A DNA stretch of 64,000 bases from the human T2T-CHM13v2.0 reference genome, Homo sapiens. The notes below the pieces were generated by a model. That model saw only the letters and a list, made by a program, of their open reading frames with translations. It did no database searches and had not been told where the DNA came from. This document shows positions 39,501 to 50,865 of this stretch, piece after piece (the first letter of the stretch is position 1; each line of letters begins with the position of its first letter). The stretch lies in the NCBI RefSeq assembly GCF_009914755.1, contig NC_060942.1, one strand, 5' to 3'. Position numbers and translations under genes: made by a program.

Positions 39501-41363
39501 ATTCTCAGAAACTTCTTTGGGATGTTTGCATTCAAGTCACAGAGTAGAACATTCCCTTTGGTAGAGCAGGTTTCAAACACTCTTTTTGTAGTATCTGGAA
39601 GTGGACATTTGGAGCGCTTTCAGGCCTATGTTGGAAAGGGAAATATCTTCCCGTAACAACTAGGCAGAAGCATTCTCAGAAACTTATTTGAGATGTGTGT
39701 ACTCAACTAACAGAATTGAACCACCGTTTTGAAGGAGCAGTTTTGAAACTCTCTTTTTCTGGAATCTGCAAGAGGATATTTGCCTAGCCTTGAGGATTTC
39801 GTTGGAAACGGGATTGTCTTCAGATCAAATCTAGACAGAAGCATTCTCAGAAACTTCTTTGGGATGTTTGCATTCAAGTCACAGAGTAGAACATTCCCTT
39901 TGGTAGAGCAGGTTTGAAACACTCTTTTTTTAGTATATGGAAGGGGACATTTGGAGCGCTTTCAGGCCTACGTTGGAAAAGGAAATATCTTCCCATAACA
40001 ACTAGACAGAAGCATTCTCAGAAACTAGTTTCTGATGTGTGTCCTCAACTAACACAGTTGAACATTTCTTTAGACAGAACAGTTTTGAAACACTCTTTTT
40101 GTGGAATCTGCAAGTGGCTATTTTGCTAGATTTGAGGATTTCGTTGGAAACGGGATTGCATATAAAAAGCAGACAGCAGCATTCTCAGAAAGTTCTTTGT
40201 GATGATTGCATTCAAGTCACAGAATTGAACATTCCCTTTCACAGAGCAGGTTTGAAACACTCTTTTTGTAGTGTGTGTAAGTGGACATTTGGAGCACTTT
40301 CCGGCCTAAGGTGAACAAGGAAATATCTTCCCATAAAAACTAGACAGAAGCATTCTCAGAAACTTACTCGTGATGTGTGTCCTCAACTAAAGGAGTAGAA
40401 CCTTTCTTTTCATAGAGAAGTTTTGAAACGCTCTTTTTGTGGAATCTGCAAGTGGATATTTGGCTAGTTTTGAGGATTTCGTTGGAAGCGGGAATTCATA
40501 CAAATTGCAGCCTGCAGCGTTCTGAGAAACATCTTTGTGATGTTTGTATTCAGGACATAGAGTTGAACATTCCCTATCATAGAGCAGGTTGGAATCACTC
40601 CTTTTGTAGTATCTGGAAGTGGACATTTGGAGCGCTTTCAGGCCTATGTTGAAAAAGGAAATATCTTCCCATAACAACTAGACACAAGCATTCTCAGAAA
40701 CTTATTTGAGATGTGTGTACTCAACTAAGAGAATTGAACCACCGTTTTGAAGGAGCAGTTTTGAAACACTCTTTTTCTGGAATCTGCAAGTGGATATTTG
40801 GCTAGCTTTGGGGATTTCGCTGGAAGCGGGAATACATATAAAAAGCACACAGCAGCGTTCTGAGAAACTGCTTTCTGATGTTTGCATTCAAGTCAAAAGT
40901 TGAACACTCCCTTTCATAGAGCAGTCCTGAAACACTCCTTTTGTAGTATCTGGAACTGGACTTTTGGAGCGCTTTCAGGGCTAAGGTGAAAAAGGAAATA
41001 TCTTCCCATAAAAACTGGACAGAAGCATTCTCAGAAACTTGTTTATGCTGTATCTACTCTACTAACAAAGTTGAACCTTTCTTTTGATAGAGCAGTTTTG
41101 AAATGCTCTTTTTGTGGAATCTGCAAGTGGATATTTGGCTAGATTTGAGGATTTCGTTGGAAGCGGGAATTCATACAAATTGCAGACTGCAGCGTTCTGA
41201 GAAACATCTTTGTGATGTTTGTATTCAGGACACAGAGTTGAACATTCCCTATCATAGAGCAGGTTGGAATCACTCCTTTTGTAGTATCTGGAAGTGGACA
41301 TTTGGAGCGCTTTCAGGCCTATGTTGAAAAAGGAAATATCTTCCCATAACAACTAGACACAAG
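30504..41363 (+). repeat. Mixed 8-mer/12-mer run (8,12,12,12,8,12) within a 7465-bp super-period
   Basis: Unit starts at 30504, 31864, 33899, 35934, 37969 and 39329. ORF variants recur at +7465 (30202->37667, 30537->38002, 33932->41397). Confidence 0.9.
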
Positions 41364-43407
41364 CATTCTCAGAAACTTGTTTGTGATGTGTGCCCTCTAC
41401 TGACAGAGTTGAACCTTTCTTTTCATAGAGCAGTTTTGAAACACTCTTTTTGTAGAATCTGCAAGAGGATATTTGCATAGCTTTGAGGATTTCGTGGGAA
41501 ACGGGATTGTCTTCAGGTAAAATCTAGACAGAAGCATTCTCAGAAACTTCTTTGGGATGTTTGCATTCAAGTCACAGAGTAGAACATTCCGTTTGGTAGA
41601 GCAGGTTTGAAACACTCTTTTTGTAGTATCTGGAAGTGGACATTTGGAGCGCTTTCAGGCCTATGTTGGAAAGGGAAATATCTTCCCTTAACAACTAGGC
41701 AGAAGCATTCTCAGAAACTTATTTGAGATGTGTGTAGTCAACTAAGAGAATTGAACCACCGTTTTGAAGGACCAGTTTTGAAACACTCTTTTTCTGGAAT
41801 CTGCAAGAGGATATTTGCGTAGCTTTGAGGATTTCGTTGGAAACGGGATTGTTTTCAGATAAAATCTAGACAGAAGCATTCTCAGAAACTTCTTTGGGAT
41901 GTTTGCATTCAAGTCACACAGTAGAACATTCCCTTTGGTAGAGCAGGTTTGAAACACTCTTTTTGTAGTATCTGGAAGTGGACATTTGGAGCGCTTTCAG
42001 GCCTATGTTGGAAAGGGAAATATCTTCCCTTAACAACTAGGCAGAAGCATTCTCAGAAACTTATTTGAGATGTGTGTACTCAACTAAGAGAATTGAACCA
42101 CCGTTTTGAAGGACCAGTTTTGAAACACTCTTTTTCTGGAATCTGCAAGAGGATATTTGCGTAGCTTTGAGGATTTCGTTGGAAACGGGATTGTTTTCAG
42201 ATAAAATCTAGACAGAAGCATTCTGAGAAACTTCTTTGGGATGTTTGCATTCAAGTCACACAGTAGAACATTCCCTTTGGTAGAGCAGGTTTGAAACACT
42301 CTTTTTGTAGTATCTGGAAGTGGACATTTGGAGCGCTTTCAGGCCTATGTTGGAAAGGGAAATATCTTCCCTTAACAACTAGGCAGAAGCATTCTCAGAA
42401 ACTTATTTGAGATGTGTGTACTCAACTAAGAGAATTGAACCACCCTTTTGAAGGAGCAGTTTTGAAACACTCTTTTTCTGGAATCTGCAAGAGTATATTT
42501 GCCTAGCTTTGAGGATTTCGTTGGAAACGGGATTGTCTTCAGATCAAATCTAGACAGAAGCATTCTCAGAAACTTCTTTGGGATGTTTGCATTCAAGTCA
42601 CAGAGTAGAAGATTCCCTTTGGTAGAGCAGGTTTGAAACACTCTTTTTTTCGTATATGGAAGTGGACATTTGGAGCGCTTTCAGGCCTACGTTGGAAAAG
42701 GAAATATCTTCCCATAACAACTAGACAGAAGCATTCTCAGAAACTTATTAGAGATGTGTGTACTCAACTAAGAGAATTGAACCACCGTTTTGAAGGAGCA
42801 GTTTTGAAACACTCTTTTTCTGGAATCTGCAAGTGGATATTTGGCTAGATTTGAGGATTTCGTTGGAAACGGGATTACATATAAAAAGCAGACAGCAGCA
42901 GTCTCAGAAAGTTCTTTTTGATGATTGCATTCAAGTCACAGAATTGAACATTCCCTTTCACAGAGCAGGTTTGAAACACTCTTTTTGTAGTGTGTGTAAG
43001 TGGACATTTGGAGCACTTTCCAGCCTAAGGTGAAAAAGGAAATATCTTCCCATAAAAACTAGACAGAAGCATTCTCAGAAACTTACTCGTGATGTGTGTC
43101 CTCAACTAAAGGTGTAGAACCTTTCTTTTCATAGAGAAGTTTTGAAACGCTCTTTTTGTGGAATCTGCAAGTGGATATTTGGCTAGTTTTGAGGATTTCG
43201 TTGGAAGCGGGAATTCATACAAATTGCAGACTGCAGCGTTCTGAGAAACATCTTTGTGATGTTTGTATTCAGGACACAGAGTTGAAGATTCCCTATCATA
43301 GAGCAGGTTGGAATCACTCCTTTTGTAGTATCTGGAAGTGGACATTTGGAGCGCTTTCAGGCCTATGTTGAAAAAGGAAATATCTTCCCATAACAACTAG
43401 ACACAAG
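41364..43407 (+). repeat. Non-canonical 12-mer A-B'-B'-B-C*-D (2044 bp)
   Basis: Three consecutive 342-bp B-type dimers at 41706, 42048 and 42390, then hybrid dimer C* at 42732. Confidence 0.9.
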
Positions 43408-46400
43408 CATTCTCAGAAACTTGTTTGTGATGTGTGCCCTCTACTGACAGAGTTGAACCTTTCTTTTCATAGAGCAGTTTTGAAACACTCTTTTTGTAGA
43501 ATCTGCAAGAGGATATTTGCATAGCTTCGAGGATTTCGTGGGAAACGGGATTGTCTTCAGGTAAAATCTAGACAGAAGCATTCTCAGAAACTTCTTTGGG
43601 ATGTTTGCATTCAAGTCACAGAGTAGAACATTCCCTTTGGTAGAGCAGGTTTGAAACACTCTTTTTGTAGTATCTGGAAGTGGACATTTGGAGCGCTTTC
43701 AGGCCTATGTTGGTAAGGGAAATATCTTCCCGTAACAACTAGGCAGAAGCATTCTCAGAAACTTATTTGAGATGTGTGTACTCAACTAAGAGAATTGAAC
43801 CACCGTTTTGAAGGAGCAGTTTTGAAACACTCTTTTTCTGGAATCTGCAAGAGGATATTTGCCTAGCTTTGAGGATTTCGTTGGAAACGGGATTGTCTTC
43901 AGATAAAATCTAGACAGAAGCATTCTCAGAAACTTCTTTGGGATGTTTGCATTCAAGTCACAGAGTAGAACATTCCCTTTGGTAGAGCAGGTTTGAAACA
44001 CTCTTTTTTTAGTATATGGAAGTGGACATTTGGAGCGCTTTCAGGCCTACTTTGGAAAAGGAAATATCTTCCCATAACAACTAGACAGAAGCATTCTCAG
44101 AAACTAGTTTCTGATGTGTGTCCTCAACTAACACAGTTGAACATTTCTTTAGACAGAACAGTTTTGAAACACTCTTTTTGTGGAATCTGCAAGTGGCTAT
44201 TTGGCTAGATTTGAGGATTTCGTTGGAAACGGGATTACATATAAAAAGCAGACAGCAGCATTCTCAGAAAGTTCTTTGTGATGATTGCATTCAAGTCACA
44301 GAATTGAACATTCCCTTTCACAGAGCAGGTTTGAAACACTCTTTTTGTAGTGTGTGTAAGTGGACATTTGGAGCACTTTCCGGCCTAAGGTGAAAAAGGA
44401 AATATCTTCCCATAAAAACTAGACAGAAGCATTCTCAGAAACTTACTCGTGATGTGTGTCCTCAACTAAACGAGTAGAACCTTTCTTTTCATAGAGAAGT
44501 TTTGAAACGCTCTTTTTGTGGAATCTGCAAGTGGATATTTGGCTAGTTTTGAGGATTTCGTTGGAAGCGGGAATTCATACAAATTGCAGACTGCAGCGTT
44601 TTGAGAAACATCTTTGTGATGTTTGTATTCAGGACACAGAGTTGAACATTCCCTATCATAGAGCAGGTTTGAATCACTCCTTTTGTAGTATCTGGAAGTG
44701 GACATTTGGAGCGCTTTCAGGCCTATGTTGGAAAAGGAAATATCTTCCCATAACAACTAGACAGAAGCATTCTCAGAAACTTATTTCAGATGTGTGTACT
44801 CAATTAAGAGAATTGAACCACCGTTTTGAAGGAGCAGTTTTGAAACACTCTTTTTGTAGAATCTGCACGTGGATATTTGGCTAGCTTTGGGGATTTCGCT
44901 GGAAGCGGGAATACATATAAAAAGCACACAGCAGCGTTCTGAGAAACTGCTTTCTGATGTTTGCATTCAAGTCAAAAGTTGAACACTCCCTTTCACAGAG
45001 CAGTCCTGAAACACTCCTTTTGTAGTATCTGGAACTGGACTTTTGGAGCGCTTTCAGGGCTAAGGTGAAAAAGGAAATATCTTCCCATAAAAACTGGACA
45101 GAAGCATTCTCAGAAACTTGTTTATGCTGTATCTACTCAACTAACAAAGTTGAACCTTTCTTTTGATAGAGCAGTTTTGAAATGCTCTTTTTGTGGAATC
45201 TGCAAGTGGATATTTGGCTAGTTTTGAGGATTTCGTTGGAAGCTGGAATTCATACAAATTGCAGACTGCAGCGTTCTGAGAAACATCTTTGTGATGTTTG
45301 TATTCAGGACACAGAGTTGAACATTCCCTATCATAGAGCAGGTTGGAATCACTCCTTTTGTAGTATCTGGAAGTGGACATTTGGAGCGCTTTCAGGCCTA
45401 TGTTGAAAAAGGAAATATCTTCCCATAACAACTAGACACAAGCATTCTCAGAAACTTGTTTGTGATGTGTGCCCTCTACTGACAGAGTTGAACCTTTCTT
45501 TTCATAGAGCAGTTTTGAAACACTCTTTTTGTAGAATCTGCAAGAGGATATTTGCATAGCTTTGAGGATTTCGTGGGAAACGGGATTGTCTTCAGGTAAA
45601 ATCTAGACAGAAGCATTCTCAGAAACTTCTTTGGGATGTTTGCATTCAACTCACAGAGTAGAACATTCCCTTTGGTAGAGTAGGTTTGAAACACTCTTTT
45701 TGTAGTATCTGGAAGTGGACATTTGGAGCGCTTTCAGGCCTATGTTGGAAAGGGAAATATCTTCCCGTAAGAACTAGGCAGAAGCATTCTCAGAAACTTA
45801 TTTGAGATGTGTGTATTCAACTAAGAGAATTGAACCACCGTTTTGAAGGAGCAGTTTTGAAACACTCTTTTTCTGGAATCTGCAAGTGGATATTTGGCTA
45901 GATTTGAGGATTTCGTTGGAAACGGGATTACATATAAAAAGCAGACAGCAGCAGTCTCAGAAAGTTCTTTTTGATGATTGCATTTAAGTCACAGAATTGA
46001 ACATTCCCTTTCACAGAGCAGGTTTGAAACACTCTTTTTGTAGTGTGTGTAAGTGGACATTTGGAGCGCTTTCCGGCCTAAGGTGAAAAAGGAAATATCT
46101 TCCCATAAAAACTAGACAGAAGCATTCTCAGAAACTTACTCGTGATGTGTGTCCTCAACTAAAGGTGTAGAACCTTTCTTTTCATAGAGAAGTTTTGAAA
46201 CTCTCTTTTTGTGGAATCTGCAAGTGGATATTTGGCTAGTTTTGATGATTTCGTTGGAAGCGGGAATTCATACAAATTGCAGACTGCAGCGTTCTGAGAA
46301 ACATCTTTGTGATGTTTGTATTCAGGACACAGAGTTGAACATTCCCTATCATAGAGCAGGTTGGAATCACTCCTTTTGTAGTATCTGGAAGTGGACATTT

Positions 46401-49400
46401 GGAGCGCTTTCAGGCCTATGTTGGAAAAGGAAATATCTTCCCATAACAACTAGACAGAAGCATTCTCAGAAACTTATTTCAGATGTGTGTACTCAACTAA
46501 GAGAATTGAACCACCGCTTTGAAGGAGCAGTTTTGAAACACTCTTTTTCTGGAATCTGCAAGTGGATATTTGGCTAGATTTGAGGATTTCGTTGGAAACG
46601 GGATTACATATAAAAAGCAGACAGCAGCAGTCTCAGAAAGTTCTTTTTGATGATTGCATTCAAGTCACAGAATTGAACATTCCCTTTCACAGAGCAGGTT
46701 TGAAACACTCTTTTTGTAGTGTGTGTAAGTGGACATTTGGAGCACTTTCCAGCCTAAGGTGAAAAAGGAAATATCTTCCCATAAAAACTAGACAGAAGCA
46801 TTCTCAGAAACTTACTCGTGATGTGTGTCCTCAACTAAAGGTGTAGAACCTTTCTTTTCATAGAGAAGTTTTGAAACGCTCTTTTTGTGGAATCTGCAAG
46901 TGGATATTTGGCTAGTTTTGAGGATTTCGTTGGAAGCGGGAATTCATACAAATTGCAGACTGCAGCGTTCTGAGAAACATCTTTGTGATGTTTGTATTCA
47001 GGACACAGAGTTGAAGATTCCCTATCATAGAGCAGGTTGGAATCACTCCTTTTGTAGTATCTGGAAGTGGACATTTGGAGCGCTTTCAGGCCTATGTTGA
47101 AAAAGGAAATATCTTCCCATAACAACTAGACACAAGCATTCTCAGAAACTTGTTTGTGATGTGTGCCCTCTACTGACAGAGTTGAACCTTTCTTTTCATA
47201 GAGCAGTTTTGAAACACTCTTTTTGTAGAATCTGCAAGAGGATATTTGCATAGCTTCGAGGATTTCGTGGGAAACGGGATTGTCTTCAGGTAAAATCTAG
47301 ACAGAAGCATTCTCAGAAACTTCTTTGGGATGTTTGCATTCAAGTCACAGAGTAGAACATTCCCTTTGGTAGAGCAGGTTTGAAACACTCTTTTTGTAGT
47401 ATCTGGAAGTGGACATTTGGAGCGCTTTCAGGCCTATGTTGGTAAGGGAAATATCTTCCCGTAACAACTAGGCAGAAGCATTCTCAGAAACTTATTTGAG
47501 ATGTGTGTACTCAACTAAGAGAATTGAACCACCGTTTTGAAGGAGCAGTTTTGAAACACTCTTTTTCTGGAATCTGCAAGAGGATATTTGCCTAGCTTTG
47601 AGGATTTCGTTGGAAACGGGATTGTCTTCAGATCAAATCTAGACAGAAGCATTCTCAGAAACTTCTTTGGGATGTTTGCATTCAAGTCACAGAGTAGAAC
47701 ATTCCCTTTGGTAGAGCAGGTTTGAAACACTCTTTTTTTAGTATATGGAAGTGGACATTTGGAGCGCTTTCAGGCCTACTTTGGAAAAGGAAATATCTTC
47801 CCATAACAACTAGACAGAAGCATTCTCAGAAACTAGTTTCTGATGTGTGTCCTCAACTAACACAGTTGAACATTTCTTTAGACAGAACAGTTTTGAAACA
47901 CTCTTTTTGTGGAATCTGCAAGTGGCTATTTGGCTAGATTTGAGGATTTCGTTGGAAACGGGATTACATATAAAAAGCAGACAGCAGCATTCTCAGAAAG
48001 TTCTTTGTGATGATTGCATTCAAGTCACAGAATTGAACATTCCCTTTCACAGAGCAGGTTTGAAACACTCTTTTTGTAGTGTGTGTAAGTGGACATTTGG
48101 AGCACTTTCCGGCCTAAGGTGAAAAAGGAAATATCTTCCCATAAAAACTAGACAGAAGCATTCTCAGAAACTTACTCGTGATGTGTGTCCTCAACTAAAC
48201 GAGTAGAACCTTTCTTTTCATAGAGAAGTTTTGAAACGCTCTTTTTGTGGAATCTGCAAGTGGATATTTGGCTAGTTTTGAGGATTTCGTTGGAAGCGGG
48301 AATTCATACAAATTGCAGACTGCAGCGTTTTGAGAAACATCTTTGTGATGTTTGTATTCAGGACACAGAGTTGAACATTCCCTATCATAGAGCAGGTTTG
48401 AATCACTCCTTTTGTAGTATCTGGAAGTGGACATTTGGAGCGCTTTCAGGCCTATGTTGGAAAAGGAAATATCTTCCCATAACAACTAGACAGAAGCATT
48501 CTCAGAAACTTATTTCAGATGTGTGTACTCAATTAAGAGAATTGAACCACCGTTTTGAAGGAGCAGTTTTGAAACACTCTTTTTGTAGAATCTGCACGTG
48601 GATATTTGGCTAGCTTTGGGGATTTCGCTGGAAGCGGGAATACATATAAAAAGCACACAGCAGCGTTCTGAGAAACTGCTTTCTGATGTTTGCATTCAAG
48701 TCAAAAGTTGAACACTCCCTTTCACAGAGCAGTCCTGAAACACTCCTTTTGTAGTATCTGGAACTGGACTTTTGGAGCGCTTTCAGGGCTAAGGTGAAAA
48801 AGGAAATATCTTCCCATAAAAACTGGACAGAAGCATTCTCAGAAACTTGTTTATGCTGTATCTACTCAACTAACAAAGTTGAACCTTTCTTTTGATAGAG
48901 CAGTTTTGAAATGCTCTTTTTGTGGAATCTGCAAGTGGATATTTGGCTAGTTTTGAGGATTTCGTTGGAAGCTGGAATTCATACAAATTGCAGACTGCAG
49001 CGTTCTGAGAAACATCTTTGTGATGTTTGTATTCAGGACACAGAGTTGAACATTCCCTATCATAGAGCAGGTTGGAATCACTCCTTTTGTAGTATCTGGA
49101 AGTGGACATTTGGAGCGCTTTCAGGCCTATGTTGAAAAAGGAAATATCTTCCCATAACAACTAGACACAAGCATTCTCAGAAACTTGTTTGTGATGTGTG
49201 CCCTCTACTGACAGAGTTGAACCTTTCTTTTCATAGAGCAGTTTTGAAACACTCTTTTTGTAGAATCTGCAAGAGGATATTTGCATAGCTTTGAGGATTT
49301 CGTGGGAAACGGGATTGTCTTCAGGTAAAATCTAGACAGAAGCATTCTCAGAAACTTCTTTGGGATGTTTGCATTCAACTCACAGAGTAGAACATTCCCT

Positions 49401-50865
49401 TTGGTAGAGTAGGTTTGAAACACTCTTTTTGTAGTATCTGGAAGTGGACATTTGGAGCGCTTTCAGGCCTATGTTGGAAAGGGAAATATCTTCCCGTAAG
49501 AACTAGGCAGAAGCATTCTCAGAAACTTATTTGAGATGTGTGTATTCAACTAAGAGAATTGAACCACCGTTTTGAAGGAGCAGTTTTGAAACACTCTTTT
49601 TCTGGAATCTGCAAGTGGATATTTGGCTAGATTTGAGGATTTCGTTGGAAACGGGATTACATATAAAAAGCAGACAGCAGCAGTCTCAGAAAGTTCTTTT
49701 TGATGATTGCATTTAAGTCACAGAATTGAACATTCCCTTTCACAGAGCAGGTTTGAAACACTCTTTTTGTAGTGTGTGTAAGTGGACATTTGGAGCGCTT
49801 TCCGGCCTAAGGTGAAAAAGGAAATATCTTCCCATAAAAACTAGACAGAAGCATTCTCAGAAACTTACTCGTGATGTGTGTCCTCAACTAAAGGTGTAGA
49901 ACCTTTCTTTTCATAGAGAAGTTTTGAAACTCTCTTTTTGTGGAATCTGCAAGTGGATATTTGGCTAGTTTTGATGATTTCGTTGGAAGCGGGAATTCAT
50001 ACAAATTGCAGACTGCAGCGTTCTGAGAAACATCTTTGTGATGTTTGTATTCAGGACACAGAGTTGAACATTCCCTATCATAGAGCAGGTTGGAATCACT
50101 CCTTTTGTAGTATCTGGAAGTGGACATTTGGAGCGCTTTCAGGCCTATGTTGGAAAAGGAAATATCTTCCCATAACAACTAGACAGAAGCATTCTCAGAA
50201 ACTTATTTCAGATGTGTGTACTCAACTAAGAGAATTGAACCACCGCTTTGAAGGAGCAGTTTTGAAACACTCTTTTTCTGGAATCTGCAAGTGGATATTT
50301 GGCTAGATTTGAGGATTTCGTTGGAAACGGGATTACATATAAAAAGCAGACAGCAGCAGTCTCAGAAAGTTCTTTTTGATGATTGCATTCAAGTCACAGA
50401 ATTGAACATTCCCTTTCACAGAGCAGGTTTGAAACACTCTTTTTGTAGTGTGTGTAAGTGGACATTTGGAGCACTTTCCAGCCTAAGGTGAAAAAGGAAA
50501 TATCTTCCCATAAAAACTAGACAGAAGCATTCTCAGAAACTTACTCGTGATGTGTGTCCTCAACTAAAGGTGTAGAACCTTTCTTTTCATAGAGAAGTTT
50601 TGAAACGCTCTTTTTGTGGAATCTGCAAGTGGATATTTGGCTAGTTTTGAGGATTTCGTTGGAAGCGGGAATTCATACAAATTGCAGACTGCAGCGTTCT
50701 GAGAAACATCTTTGTGATGTTTGTATTCAGGACACAGAGTTGAAGATTCCCTATCATAGAGCAGGTTGGAATCACTCCTTTTGTAGTATCTGGAAGTGGA
50801 CATTTGGAGCGCTTTCAGGCCTATGTTGAAAAAGGAAATATCTTCCCATAACAACTAGACACAAG
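43408..50865 (+). repeat. Two copies of a 3729-bp 22-mer super-unit (ABCDEF + A-C*-D-C*-D)
   Basis: Unit starts at 43408, 45443, 47137 and 49172 (2035+1694 twice). Identical ORF translations at +3729. Confidence 0.92.
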
